DNA from: Candidatus Bathyarchaeota archaeon
GTDB taxonomy: Archaea > Thermoproteota > Bathyarchaeia > Hecatellales > Hecatellaceae
DNA: 64,000 nt
Assembly: GCA_052246995.1 (NCBI GenBank)
Contig: JBQPWD010000001.1
Coordinates: forward strand, 96,001 to 160,000
Reading direction: 5' to 3'
Of the stretch, positions 28,470-38,957 are shown piece by piece (positions within the stretch are counted from its first letter, which is position 1; each line of letters begins with the position of its first letter). A program made the position numbers and the translations under genes. Under the pieces are notes generated by a model, which worked only from the letters and a program-made list of their open reading frames with translations, searched no databases and was not told where the DNA came from.

Positions 28470-30179
28470 CTAGTCTTGTCTAATTAATCCTTGTGGGAAT
28501 ATTATTGGTTTAACGTCTTCCTTATAAGATATAGGGACATCAATAATCGTTGTTACATCACTTTTTAATGAATCTTTTACTGCTTTTCTGAGCTCATCAT
28601 AAGATTCAACTCTTACTCCAACAGCTCCATATGCTTCAGCTAGTTTAACAAAATCAGGGCTTTTACCTAGGAAGACGTTAGAATATCTCCTACTATAAAG
28701 TGCTCTTTGCCATTGAGCAACCATGCCCAAAACTCTATTTTCCAGTATGATTACTGTTACCGGAATTTTCTCCTCAATGGATGTTGCAAGCTCACGTTCA
28801 TTCATGAGGAAACTACCATCTCCCGCAATATCCACAACGGGCACATCAGGTTTAGCTATCTTTGCTCCTAATGCTGCTGGAAAACCGAATCCCATTGTTC
28901 CAAGCCCCCCTGAACTTATAAAGGTTCTTGGATGGTAAATCTTAAAGTATAATGCAGCCCACATTTGGTTTTGTCCAACTTCTGTTGTTACTATGGATTT
29001 TTCAGGTAAAATTTTTCTTAACTCTTTCATTATGTTCGGCGGTTTTAGGTATCCTTCACTTTCTTTATCTTCCTCAGCCTCAATTTTAATTTCACTTTTT
29101 AGCTTTTTTATGTAGCTTTCTCTCTCCAAAACTTTACTTTGATTGTTTATGCTCCTATTTTTTACTTCCTTAAGCATTAATGTTAAAACGACTTTTAAAT
29201 CTCCAAGTATGGGGAGCTTCGTTTTTACATTTTTTCCAAGCTCAGTTGCATCAACATCAACATGAATTATTGCTGCTTTTTCATCTATTCTTCCACCAAT
29301 ATTTACAGATCTATCTGAAAACCTACATCCAACAGCAAGTATAACATCAGCTTCTTTCATCATATAGTTGGCATGAGGTGTTCCGTGGATTCCTACCATG
29401 CCTAAGGCTAAAGGATGGTCTTCTCTTACACAACCCTTACCCATAAGAGTAGTTGCAACTGGAATTTTAAGAGTTTCAGCTAAATTTAAAACTTCTTGAC
29501 AAGCTTCAGCTCCTATAACTCCTCCTCCAGCTAATATTACAGGTTTTTCAGCCTTTAACAGTAGGTTGACCGCCTCTTTTATTTTTTCTTCTGAAAATTT
29601 TTCATATGGAGCCTTCGTAAACGAAAGTTTAACATCTTCCATAAAATCTGATGGTAAAATATCCGTTACCTCGGTTTGCACATCTCTTGGAAAATCTATT
29701 AAAACAGGCCCCTTCCTATCGCTTGAGGCAAGCCAAAAAGCAAATTTAATAATTGAGGGTATTTCCTTAGGATTTCTAATTTGGTAATTATACTTCACAA
29801 TGTTTGAAGTAATTCCTATGATATCTATTTCTTGAAATGCATCCCTACCAATAAGCGGTTTCGCAACCTGACCTGTAATAGCGATTATTGGCGAGGAATC
29901 CATGTATGCTGTGGCTATACCCGTTACAAGGTTTGTTGAGCCTGGACCTGAGGTTGCCATACAAACTCCAACTTTACCACTAGCCCTAGCGTAACCATCT
30001 GCCATATGCGCGGCAGCTTGTTCATGACGTGTAAGGATATGCCTAATGCCCGAATCTAAGAGTTCATCGTACACTGGTAATATTGCTCCACCCGGGATTC
30101 CAAAGATAACTTTAACATTTTCTTTTTTAAGAGATTCAATTAGAATCTTTGCTCCAGACATTGCAGGCAAAATTAACAC
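28470..30179 (-). CDS. ilvB: acetolactate synthase large subunit
   Basis: FGIPGGA, RHEQ, TSGPG, VGQNQMW, SGGLGTMG and GDGSF. Confidence 0.95.
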   Translation of the reverse strand: MLILPAMSGAKILIESLKKENVKVIFGIPGGAILPVYDELLDSGIRHILTRHEQAAAHMADGYARASGKVGVCMATSGPGSTNLVTGIATAYMDSSPIIAITGQVAKPLIGRDAFQEIDIIGITSNIVKYNYQIRNPKEIPSIIKFAFWLASSDRKGPVLIDFPRDVQTEVTDILPSDFMEDVKLSFTKAPYEKFSEEKIKEAVNLLLKAEKPVILAGGGVIGAEACQEVLNLAETLKIPVATTLMGKGCVREDHPLALGMVGIHGTPHANYMMKEADVILAVGCRFSDRSVNIGGRIDEKAAIIHVDVDATELGKNVKTKLPILGDLKVVLTLMLKEVKNRSINNQSKVLERESYIKKLKSEIKIEAEEDKESEGYLKPPNIMKELRKILPEKSIVTTEVGQNQMWAALYFKIYHPRTFISSGGLGTMGFGFPAALGAKIAKPDVPVVDIAGDGSFLMNERELATSIEEKIPVTVIILENRVLGMVAQWQRALYSRRYSNVFLGKSPDFVKLAEAYGAVGVRVESYDELRKAVKDSLKSDVTTIIDVPISYKEDVKPIIFPQGLIRQD

Positions 30180-30627
30180 CTAAGGCTAATACACCACTTT
30201 GGAGTGTTTCCAATCTTCAAACTCTAGTAATTTACCGATGTAATCAAGTAGAAGTTAAAATTAAATCTTTCGGTTAAATTTGGCTTTTATACAGCCTATT
30301 TTTAAGATTACCAGTAATGTAGACTTTTTTGAAGAGAAATGCGTTATATGCTGATTAAATCATTAAGAATAGCGAGTTGACAAGATCAGAGTTTTCTCAA
30401 TTTAGGCTGAAACAGTAGCTGTTAATTTATCTTAAACATTAAAATTAAAACAATAGAGTCGTCTCGTTGATTAACTAAGTTTTATAAAGCTGGTAACAAT
30501 GGTAGGTGCTTATTTTACATTCTTTTTTTACATTCATCATGTAACAAAATGTTTTTAATTGATTCTATCCTAATACTTCTCAAGAGGCTTTATAGTTAGA
30601 AACTTTTAAAGGGAAGCAAAACGTAAG

Positions 30628-31173
30628 TTGAATTCATCATACAAGTTTACCTGTTCTGTTTGCAGAAACGGAGAAGTTAAAGTTTCTCAGGTAGTTGAGA
30701 GAATCCCGTATTTTGGTGCTGTAGCAATTATAACGTTTATCTGCAAATCTTGTGATTTCAAAATGAATGATGTTGTTTGTTTAGAGCTTCAAGAACCGAG
30801 GGAATATGTTTTACATGTTAAAAGCCCTGAAGATTTAAAAGCAAAAATTATAAAATCAAACACTGGTTTTATAGAAATCCCTGAACTTAAAGTTGAAGTT
30901 AGACCTGGCCCCGCCTCTCAAGGCTTTATATCCAACGTAGAGGGGTTGCTTACCCGTGTTGAAGAGGCTGCCAAAGTATTAGCTTCTGAAGGTGATGCTT
31001 ATGAAAACTTTATTTTAAAACTTAAAGATGCAAAAGAAGCTAAGATACCTTTTACTGTAATTTTAAAGGATCCGTACGGTAATAGCGCAATAATTTCAGA
31101 AGGAAAAAATCTTAAGGTAAGAAGGCTTTCAGATTTGGAGGTTGAAAGGTTAAAGGAATTTTTAATAGGTTAA
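30628..31173 (+). CDS. ZPR1 zinc-finger domain protein
   Basis: CSVC...IPYFG...CKSC, PGPASQGFISNVEG and DPYGNS. Confidence 0.92.
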   Translation: MNSSYKFTCSVCRNGEVKVSQVVERIPYFGAVAIITFICKSCDFKMNDVVCLELQEPREYVLHVKSPEDLKAKIIKSNTGFIEIPELKVEVRPGPASQGFISNVEGLLTRVEEAAKVLASEGDAYENFILKLKDAKEAKIPFTVILKDPYGNSAIISEGKNLKVRRLSDLEVERLKEFLIG

Positions 31174-31188
31174 TGGTGGTTAAAAACT

Positions 31189-31467
31189 ATGAGCGAGTCC
31201 TCAGTTAGCCCAACAATTTTCCACTTTCTTGAGAAGAATATTGGTCGAAGAGTTGTGGTTGTGGTTGACCGAGATTTTGGTTACGAAGGTGAGGTTGCAG
31301 CTGTTTCCCACATTCCTCCTGGTATATGGCTAAGTAACTCTGAAGCTGTTGTTATGCGTACAACGGTGGCAAATCCAATACCTAGAATTGTTTCAAGGGA
31401 GAAGAAGAGTGAAATATTTATACATCTAAACTCTGTTCAGCGTATAGAAGTACTTCAACATAAATAA
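31189..31467 (+). CDS. divergent Sm/Lsm-like protein
   Basis: Helix then GRRVVV...YEGEV (Sm1-like) and EIFIHLNSVQRIE (Sm2-like). Confidence 0.55.
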   Translation: MSESSVSPTIFHFLEKNIGRRVVVVVDRDFGYEGEVAAVSHIPPGIWLSNSEAVVMRTTVANPIPRIVSREKKSEIFIHLNSVQRIEVLQHK

Positions 31468-31496
31468 GCCTAGGGTATGCTAAAGATTTTTTAGCT

Positions 31497-31682
31497 TTAT
31501 AAACTTAGCAATCTTGGTATAAGCGTCACGAGTAGGATTAACATTATTGCTGCTGTAACTACTATTTCAGGTCTAATCTTTATACCGACACTTTCTTCCT
31601 CGTAAAAACGAAGAAGACCTGCTGCCGCTGAAGGCATAGGGGCTTCTTCTCTACGTCTTTTCTCCCTACTCAAAGTTCCCAC
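31497..31682 (-). CDS. preprotein translocase subunit Sec61beta
   Basis: P..AAGLLRFYEEE...IKI.P followed by a C-terminal TM helix. Confidence 0.92.
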   Translation of the reverse strand: MGTLSREKRRREEAPMPSAAAGLLRFYEEESVGIKIRPEIVVTAAIMLILLVTLIPRLLSL

Positions 31683-31757
31683 TCTAGAAAAATTTAATGT
31701 TTTTGGAGGTATTTATTTCTTATTTGAATCATAAAGTTTTACCTTGGGAATATAAAC

Positions 31758-32717
31758 TTGACCTTAAAAGTCTACTGGGATAATGGTGTTATTGTTAAGC
31801 TTAAGGATTTTACGCTATGTTTTGACCCTCAAACATCAAAAACAAGTTATAGGCATGTTTTAGTATCTCATGCACATCAAGACCATACTGCGGGTTTAAA
31901 TGCTTGGGGTCCTTTAAAGTATTTAACAAATCCAACGTTAAAAATTTTTAAAGCCTATACTCAAAGAAAACCTGTTAAGGTTGTAGAAGCTAACTATGGA
32001 GAAGAGCTTAAGATTGAAGATTGTAAAATAAAGGTGCATAATTCTGGACATATTTTAGGTTCGGCGGCATTTCGGATAGATACCCCTGAAGGAGTTGTCC
32101 TCTACACTGGTGACCTAAACTACACGGAGACCATTATAACGTCAGCAGCATCTCCAGTAGATTGCGACATACTCATTGTTGAATCAACCTACGGTAATGG
32201 CTTTATTTTTCCTCCAAGGGAAGAAATTTACAAAAGCATGATTAAGTGGGTTATTGAAGAGATGCATGAAGGAAAAATCCCGGTTTTTTATGCTTACCCT
32301 ATCGGAAAAGCTCAAGAGGTAGTTAAGCTGCTCAATACCTTTCTTAACGTTGAAGTTATTGTTCATCCTGTGATTGCTAAAATTAACAAGGTTTATGAGT
32401 TTTTAGGAGTTAAGCTTAAAGCTACTTCAAGTTTTCTTTCACAAAAACATCAAGGATGTGTTGCAGTATATCCTTTTTCAATGTTCCGAAGTAGTCAAAT
32501 AAAAAATGAAGCTTCAGCTCTTATAACTGGTTGGGCCTTAAATTTTAGGCGGAAAAAAGGTTTTCCCTTAAGTAGTCATGGAGATTTTAAGCAAATTTTA
32601 AGGTTTATTATGGAATGTAAACCAAGAAAAGTTTACACTTGTTTCGGTTTTACTTCGCAACTTGCACATCACGTTAAAAATAGACTTGGAATTGATGCTG
32701 AACCTCTCCACATCTAA
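31758..32717 (+). CDS. MBL/beta-CASP family nuclease
   Basis: SHAHQDH, SGHILGS, YTGD, ESTYG, GKAQE and LSSHGD. Confidence 0.88.
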   Translation: MTLKVYWDNGVIVKLKDFTLCFDPQTSKTSYRHVLVSHAHQDHTAGLNAWGPLKYLTNPTLKIFKAYTQRKPVKVVEANYGEELKIEDCKIKVHNSGHILGSAAFRIDTPEGVVLYTGDLNYTETIITSAASPVDCDILIVESTYGNGFIFPPREEIYKSMIKWVIEEMHEGKIPVFYAYPIGKAQEVVKLLNTFLNVEVIVHPVIAKINKVYEFLGVKLKATSSFLSQKHQGCVAVYPFSMFRSSQIKNEASALITGWALNFRRKKGFPLSSHGDFKQILRFIMECKPRKVYTCFGFTSQLAHHVKNRLGIDAEPLHI

Positions 32718-32881
32718 ACATAGTTGAATTTAACTTTTAAAATTTAAGTTTGCGACAAAGTTCATGTAGTTTACTAGTAACGGATGATAAAAAAACAAAA
32801 ACAAGGTAGAATGTAAATAGATAAATTCATATAACACTACTTTTTTACTCTTTAGTTAGAAGTTTTAAGAAGGCCCAACTT

Positions 32882-33301
32882 ATGGTAGCTAAAAGGTTGG
32901 TTATTAGCGATGTCGACCTTTGCGTTGGATGTCAGTGTTGTATGTTTGCTTGTAATAGAAGATTTGGAGAAGCTGGTTTATCCAAGTCTGCAATCATGGT
33001 TAAATCCGCAGGTGGATTTGAACGTGGGTTCGTGGTCATCGTTTGCAGGGCATGTTTAGATCCACTATGCGTTAGGGTTTGTCCCACAAAAGCTCTAATA
33101 GCTAGGGAAGATGGCGGAGTGGTTTTAAGGGTTGATAAATGTATTGGATGTAAAAACTGTGTTTCAGCGTGCGGTGTTAATGCTATATTTTGGGATGAAG
33201 AAAACGGAAAACCAGTTGTATGCACCTATTGCGGATATTGCGTAGATTTTTGTCCATACGGTGTTTTAAAACTTGAAAGTATAGGTGAAGGAGACGGTTA
33301 A
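32882..33301 (+). CDS. four-cluster [4Fe-4S] ferredoxin subunit
   Basis: Four CxxC-containing cysteine groups; overlaps the start of the AOR-family gene. Confidence 0.9.
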   Translation: MVAKRLVISDVDLCVGCQCCMFACNRRFGEAGLSKSAIMVKSAGGFERGFVVIVCRACLDPLCVRVCPTKALIAREDGGVVLRVDKCIGCKNCVSACGVNAIFWDEENGKPVVCTYCGYCVDFCPYGVLKLESIGEGDG

Positions 33302-35066
33302 AACTATGGTTAAAGAAGACTCTATTTCAAGAGTTTTATACGTAGACCTATCTAAAAAAAGATTTTGGGTTAAGGAAAGACAGGACCTTTTTGAGAAGTA
33401 TCTAGGTGGTAGTGGTGTTGCAATTAAGCTTCTTTTAGAGGAATGTCCCGCTGGAGTTAGCCCATTTGACCCCAAAAACCCTGTAATATTTGCTGTTGGA
33501 AGGTTTAATGCCTTCTTTCCCTTAGCATCAAAAACCGTTGTAATGTTTAAGTCTCCTCATACAGGTAATCTTGGAGAATCACATTGTGGTGGACGGACAT
33601 CAACAGCAATAAGATTGGCTGGTTATGGTGCAATTGTTATTACTGGTGCAAGTGAAATACCTGTATACGTGTCTATTCATAACGATAAGGTAAGTTTTCA
33701 TGATGCTTCTGCTTTTTGGGGTATGGGTAGCAGTTACACCGTTGGAAGGGTTATCAGAGAACTTGAACCCTCCGCAGGTTATAGAACAATTATACGTATA
33801 GGGCGTGCAGGAGAAAAGCTTGTTACTTACGCATCGGTTATAGCTGAGACGTATAGACATTTTGGAAGGTTAGGTCTTGGAGCTGTTTTTGGAAGTAAAA
33901 AACTTAAAGCAGTAGTTATTTCAGGAAAAGGTTCAGTTAAACCTGAAAACATAAAGCTTTACAGAGAGGTTTATAACGAAATTTTTAAAAAACTTACAAA
34001 GTCTCCTCTTATGAAAAAATATCATGAACTTGGTACTTCTATGAATATTAACCCTTTAAATTTGTTAAAAGGTTTGCCTACAAAAAACCTTGAAACAGCA
34101 TTTTTTGATAAGGCTGAAAATATTTCAGGTGAAGCTTTTGCTGAAAAGTTTCTTAGTAGGCGTTTAGCATGCTCCCATTGTCCTGTAAGTTGTATTCATC
34201 TTGCTGCTTTAAGGGAGCCGTATGAATCTGAACCCTACTTCTATAAAACAAAGATGATTTCTTATGATTATGAGCTTATCTACTCTTTAGGCTCAATGCT
34301 TGGAGTTTATGATCCCTCAGGTTTGCTGAGACTTATTGATGAGGTTGAAATCTTGGGGCTTGATGCTATAAGTGCTGGTGTTGTTCTTGCATGGGCTACT
34401 GAGGCACAAAATAAAGGATTAATTGGAGAGAGAGAAACTATGGGCTTAAAGCTTAAATGGGGAGATGCTGAAACCTATGTAAAAGCTATTAGGTTTATAG
34501 TTGACCAACCTAATGAATTTTTTAAAACAATAGCTCATGGGGCTGAGTACGCTGCAAAAGTTTATGGCGGCTTAGATTTTGCTTTAACTTTTGGTGGAAA
34601 CGAAATGCCTGGTTACCATACTGGGCCATCAGCCTACGTTGGATACCTTACAGGGTCAAGACATAGTCATCTCGATAGTGCAGGCTATAGCCTAGATGAG
34701 AAAGCAGCTTCTGCTGGCAAACGTTTAACTCCAACGGAGGTTGCTGAAGCTCTTTTTGAGGAAGAGTGTTGGAGACAAGTGTTATCAAGCCTTGTTGTGT
34801 GTTTTTTTGGTAGAGGCGTTTACACCCCTGATGTTGTTGCTAAGGCTTTCCAAGTTTACGGGTTAAGATTTGACGTAGAGAAACTTAAAAGCATAGGTAC
34901 TGAAATTTTGAAGGCTAAGTATAGCTTTAAGGTTAGAGAAGGCTTTAACCTTGAAAAGTTAAGGATACCTAAAAAAATTTTTGAAACACCGACACCCCAC
35001 GGAATAATCTCGGAGGAGTTTTTAAGAAGTGCAATAAAAATTTTTAAGGAGAAAATTGAAGCGTAA
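33285..35066 (+). CDS. aldehyde:ferredoxin oxidoreductase family W/Mo enzyme (GOR/XOR-like)
   Basis: YLGG.G, KSP.TG..GES..GG, GAVFGSKKLKA, CSHCPVSC, DYE and GLDAIS. Confidence 0.9.
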   Translation: MKETVKTMVKEDSISRVLYVDLSKKRFWVKERQDLFEKYLGGSGVAIKLLLEECPAGVSPFDPKNPVIFAVGRFNAFFPLASKTVVMFKSPHTGNLGESHCGGRTSTAIRLAGYGAIVITGASEIPVYVSIHNDKVSFHDASAFWGMGSSYTVGRVIRELEPSAGYRTIIRIGRAGEKLVTYASVIAETYRHFGRLGLGAVFGSKKLKAVVISGKGSVKPENIKLYREVYNEIFKKLTKSPLMKKYHELGTSMNINPLNLLKGLPTKNLETAFFDKAENISGEAFAEKFLSRRLACSHCPVSCIHLAALREPYESEPYFYKTKMISYDYELIYSLGSMLGVYDPSGLLRLIDEVEILGLDAISAGVVLAWATEAQNKGLIGERETMGLKLKWGDAETYVKAIRFIVDQPNEFFKTIAHGAEYAAKVYGGLDFALTFGGNEMPGYHTGPSAYVGYLTGSRHSHLDSAGYSLDEKAASAGKRLTPTEVAEALFEEECWRQVLSSLVVCFFGRGVYTPDVVAKAFQVYGLRFDVEKLKSIGTEILKAKYSFKVREGFNLEKLRIPKKIFETPTPHGIISEEFLRSAIKIFKEKIEA

Positions 35067-35132
35067 ATAAATAGTAATAAAAGCTTAACCCGAAACATTT
35101 TTAACCTCCTTTTAACCTCTTTTTTAGTTTGG

Positions 35133-36326
35133 TTGTCTAAAATGGGCGCCTTAGATGGAGTTAAAGTTTTAGATTTAAGTTCTGCTCTTGCAGGTCCGTA
35201 TTGTACAATGATGCTCGCTGATATGGGTGCGGAGATAATAAAAGTTGAACCTCCAGAAGGAGATGTTTCAAGATCGTGGGGGCCTCCATTCATTGAAGGA
35301 GAAAGTAGCTACTTTTTAAGCATAAACCGTAACAAGAAAAGCATAGTTGTAAATTTAAAATTTGATAAGGGTAGGGAAATAGTACTTAAACTTGCAGAAA
35401 AATGTGATGTTTTTGTTGAAAACTTTAGACCAGGAGTTGCTAAAAGGTTAGGAGTTGATTATGAGGTTGTGAAAAAAGTTAATCCTAAGATAGTTTATTG
35501 TTCAATTTCAGGTTTTGGTCAAGATGGTCCTTATCGTGATTACCCAGCATTTGATCAAATTCTGCAAGGTATGGGTGGATTAATGAGTATTACGGGTGAA
35601 CCTGGTCGTCCGCCAGTAAAGGTTGGGGTACCTATAACGGATATTGCTGCTGGCATGTTTGCAGCATATGGTGTTGTTTGCGCTTTATTTTACAGGGAAA
35701 AAACAGGTAAGGGACAGTATGTTGATGTTTCTATGCTTGATTCTCAAGTTGCATGGCTTACGTACCAAGCTGGAAGGTATTTTGCAACTGGAGAAATACC
35801 TGAACCTATAGGTTCAGGTCATCCGGTAATAGTTCCATATCAAGCTTTTAAAACTAAGGATGGATACATTAATATTGCAGCAGGTAATGATAACCTTTTC
35901 CGAAGCTTATGTGAAGTTCTGGGTGTCAAGCACCTTGCTGATGATCCAAGATTTAATACAAATCCTAAAAGAGTAGAAAATCGTGAAGAACTTGTAAAAA
36001 TTTTGGAAAAAATCTTTATCCAAAAAACCACAAATGAGTGGCTGGAGCTAATTAGAAAGGCTGGTGTACCTTGCGGTCCAATATACAACATTAGAGATGT
36101 TGTTAGTGATCCTCAGGTTTTGTTTAGGAAGATGGTTGTCGAAATTAAACATCCAAAAGCTGGGATGATTAAGGTTACAGGTGTACCTGTTAAACTCTCA
36201 GAATCTCCGGGTGACATTAAACTTCCACCGCCAATGCTTGGTCAACATACAGATGAGATTTTAAGTTTTCTTGGTTACAGCAGTGGGGATATAGTTAAGC
36301 TTAAAAATGACGGAATTGTTAAATAG
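35133..36326 (+). CDS. CaiB/BaiF family III CoA-transferase
   Basis: LAGPYC...LAD.GAE.IKVE, NRNKKS, ENFRPG and ISGFGQDGP; likely start ATG at 35142. Confidence 0.94.
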   Translation: MSKMGALDGVKVLDLSSALAGPYCTMMLADMGAEIIKVEPPEGDVSRSWGPPFIEGESSYFLSINRNKKSIVVNLKFDKGREIVLKLAEKCDVFVENFRPGVAKRLGVDYEVVKKVNPKIVYCSISGFGQDGPYRDYPAFDQILQGMGGLMSITGEPGRPPVKVGVPITDIAAGMFAAYGVVCALFYREKTGKGQYVDVSMLDSQVAWLTYQAGRYFATGEIPEPIGSGHPVIVPYQAFKTKDGYINIAAGNDNLFRSLCEVLGVKHLADDPRFNTNPKRVENREELVKILEKIFIQKTTNEWLELIRKAGVPCGPIYNIRDVVSDPQVLFRKMVVEIKHPKAGMIKVTGVPVKLSESPGDIKLPPPMLGQHTDEILSFLGYSSGDIVKLKNDGIVK

Positions 36327-36330
36327 AGCC

Positions 36331-36891
36331 CTAGCGGTCATTTGGTTGAGTTCCTACAGCATTCTTTTTAATCATTTTATCTAGCTTGTCTTGAAAAATC
36401 TTGAATGTTTCATCATCGTAAAGACAAAAAACCACTTTTTCTATTTTTGTTTCACTCTTGAGGTAGTTTACCGTTGTTTGAAGCATTATTTCTGCGCATC
36501 TATCCTTTGGAAACCCAAAAATTCCCGTGGAGATGGCTGGAAAAGCAATAGTTTTAACTTTATACTGCTCTGCAATTTTTAAACTGTTAAGTGTAGCATT
36601 TTTAAGCTTATCATCTTCGTTTCCTTCTCCATATCTAGGTCCAACGGCGTGAACTACATACTTAGCTTTTAAATTTCCAGCGCCAGTAATAACCGCACCA
36701 CCAACAGGACAATAACCTATTTTATCACATTCCTCCTGAATTTTTGGTCCACCCTTTTTCCTAATTGCGCCAGCAACACCCCCTCCGAGTTTAAGTTGAC
36801 TGTTGGCAGCGTTCACAATAGCATCTACTTCAAGGTCTGTTATATCTCCCTTAACAAGCTCAATTACGCTATTCTTAACCTTGACTTTCAA
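36331..36891 (-). CDS. macro domain protein (ADP-ribose binding/hydrolase)
   Basis: GDIT, VNAAN, GGGVAGAI, HAVGP and PAISTGIFG. Confidence 0.95.
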   Translation of the reverse strand: MKVKVKNSVIELVKGDITDLEVDAIVNAANSQLKLGGGVAGAIRKKGGPKIQEECDKIGYCPVGGAVITGAGNLKAKYVVHAVGPRYGEGNEDDKLKNATLNSLKIAEQYKVKTIAFPAISTGIFGFPKDRCAEIMLQTTVNYLKSETKIEKVVFCLYDDETFKIFQDKLDKMIKKNAVGTQPNDR

Positions 36892-37011
36892 AACTTCACC
36901 CAGACTTGAAATTTTCTGTTAACATAGAGTTTTTCTACTTCCCTTTTAATAACTTTAAGTAAAGTTAATCTCTAGTCAAACGAAAATTAACATAAATTAG
37001 GTGTTTAATCA

Positions 37012-38211
37012 TTGGCTAAAATTTCGTTTAATTCTATTTTTTCATCTATACGTGAAGCTATTAGAAGCCTTTTATCATTTAAAGTTGATAGGGTTCAGGT
37101 AATTCATCATGATGATGCTGACGGATTATGTGCCGCTTCAATAGTTAAAAGTATGCTTGAAAAAAGGGAGTTTACTGTTGAAACCATCTGTATTGAGAAA
37201 CTTTTCCCGGAAGTGATTGAGAGACTTCATTCTACTGAAGGTAAAGTCTATATTTATGCTGACATAGGTTCAGCCCATGCATCAAAAATCTCAGCTATAA
37301 ATAAGTTAAAAAATTTAACCATAATTCTCGACCATCATGATTTTGAAGAATCAACAGATCCTTTGGTTTACAATTTAAACCCCGAAGTTTATGGTGTAAG
37401 CGGTGAAGAAGAAGCTTCAGCTTCAACAGTGGCATACTTTTTTGCTAAAGAGATGGATAGGTTAAACACCAGTTTAGCTCATTTATCGGTTATAGGTGCA
37501 GCTGAAATACCCGGTTTAATTAAAGGACTAAACCTTGAAGCTTTAAAAGACGCTTTAAAAAACAATTTAGTTGAGATTGTGGAAAAGGGGGATAAAACTG
37601 ATGTTAAAGTTTTATGTTTAGGTAAACCTTTATCTTACAAAAGGATTTCAACTATGCTTACAACCTTAGGTTCGGTTGGATATTATGTTGGAGGACCTGA
37701 AAAGGGTATTAAAGCCTGCTTAGAAGGTTTTACAAGCGAGCTTGAAGAAACTACTTTAAAGCTTGAAGAAAAACGTAGACGAGTAAATAGGATGATGCTT
37801 GAAAAATTAAAAAATAAGGGTGTTATTCAGTTAAACAATGTTCAGTGGTTTCATGCGTACGACGTGTTTAACGGTATGGGTACAAAGGTTATTGGTACAT
37901 TTTGTTCTTATCTCTCATACCAAAAGATTGTACATCCTGCAAAATACCTTATTGGTATGATGAATATGTCTAAGGAAATTCCAGGATTTGGTTTGCTTAA
38001 AAAAGATTATGTTAAAATTTCTGCTAGAACTCCTAAAGTATTAACCTCCATGATTAAAGAAGGGAGAAAACCTTCACTATCTAAAATTCTTTCAGAGGCA
38101 TGTGCTCATTTTAATGGTTTTGGTGATGGACATTCCACCGCTGCCTCTGGTGTTATTGTTAAAGGGGCTGAAAAGGAGTTTATAAGTTTACTTGAAAAAC
38201 TAAGTGGGTAA
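37012..38211 (+). CDS. DHH phosphoesterase (RecJ-like)
   Basis: HDDADG, DIG, LDHH and C-terminal GDGH..AA (DHHA1). Confidence 0.88.
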   Translation: MAKISFNSIFSSIREAIRSLLSFKVDRVQVIHHDDADGLCAASIVKSMLEKREFTVETICIEKLFPEVIERLHSTEGKVYIYADIGSAHASKISAINKLKNLTIILDHHDFEESTDPLVYNLNPEVYGVSGEEEASASTVAYFFAKEMDRLNTSLAHLSVIGAAEIPGLIKGLNLEALKDALKNNLVEIVEKGDKTDVKVLCLGKPLSYKRISTMLTTLGSVGYYVGGPEKGIKACLEGFTSELEETTLKLEEKRRRVNRMMLEKLKNKGVIQLNNVQWFHAYDVFNGMGTKVIGTFCSYLSYQKIVHPAKYLIGMMNMSKEIPGFGLLKKDYVKISARTPKVLTSMIKEGRKPSLSKILSEACAHFNGFGDGHSTAASGVIVKGAEKEFISLLEKLSG

Positions 38212-38216
38212 AATAC

Positions 38217-38957
38217 ATGGTGAAATTAGAGGAAGATGTATTCGTAATCTTTGTTGAGCCTGAACATGAGGGAAATATCGGTTCTTTAGCGAGGTCTATG
38301 AAAAATTTTGGTTTAAAAATGCTAAGGTTAGTTAACCCAAAAACTAAGCTTGGTGAACACGTTAAAATGATGGCTGCTGGCGCGGTTGATGTCGTAAATA
38401 ATGTATCAATATTTGGAAGTTTAGATGAAGCTGTTAAGGACTTAGATGTTGCTGTTGGAACAACAGCGGTTTATGCTAAAAAACCATCAAACATTAGGAG
38501 GACAACAATATTTCCTGAGGAATTTGCATCTAAAGTTAAAAACGTATCTGGTTGTAGGCTTGGCATTGTTTTTGGTAGAGAAAGTTCAGGCTTAACAAAC
38601 AGTGAACTTGAATTATGTGATTTTGTAGTTACAATTCCCGCAAGTCAGGAATATCCCGTTTTAAATGTGGCTACTGCTGCTTCAATAATTTTTTACGAAG
38701 TCTACAAAAATGTTGTTCTTGAGGATAAAGTTAGCTACATTCCTGTAGCGTCTAAAGATGTTAGGGAGAAAGTTATCCAATACTTTACGGCTCTTATGGA
38801 TGAAACAAACCTGCAAAACCATAAAAAACGTTTAGCTTTACAATCTTTTAAAAGTGTTATTTCACGTTCATTTTTATCTGTTAAAGAAGCTTACTGTATA
38901 CTTACAGTTTTTCACCGTTTACAGCAACTTATTAAAATTTTAAAGTCTAAAACTTAG
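38217..38957 (+). CDS. trmJ: TrmJ-like SPOUT tRNA methyltransferase
   Basis: GNIGS.AR.MKNFG, VFGRESSGL and YPVLNV. Confidence 0.88.
   Translation: MVKLEEDVFVIFVEPEHEGNIGSLARSMKNFGLKMLRLVNPKTKLGEHVKMMAAGAVDVVNNVSIFGSLDEAVKDLDVAVGTTAVYAKKPSNIRRTTIFPEEFASKVKNVSGCRLGIVFGRESSGLTNSELELCDFVVTIPASQEYPVLNVATAASIIFYEVYKNVVLEDKVSYIPVASKDVREKVIQYFTALMDETNLQNHKKRLALQSFKSVISRSFLSVKEAYCILTVFHRLQQLIKILKSKT

Noticed and set aside
30180-30627. 448-nt spacer between ilvB and ZPR1
   Set aside because: No leader peptide, box motifs or stable stems seen; consistent with divergent promoters
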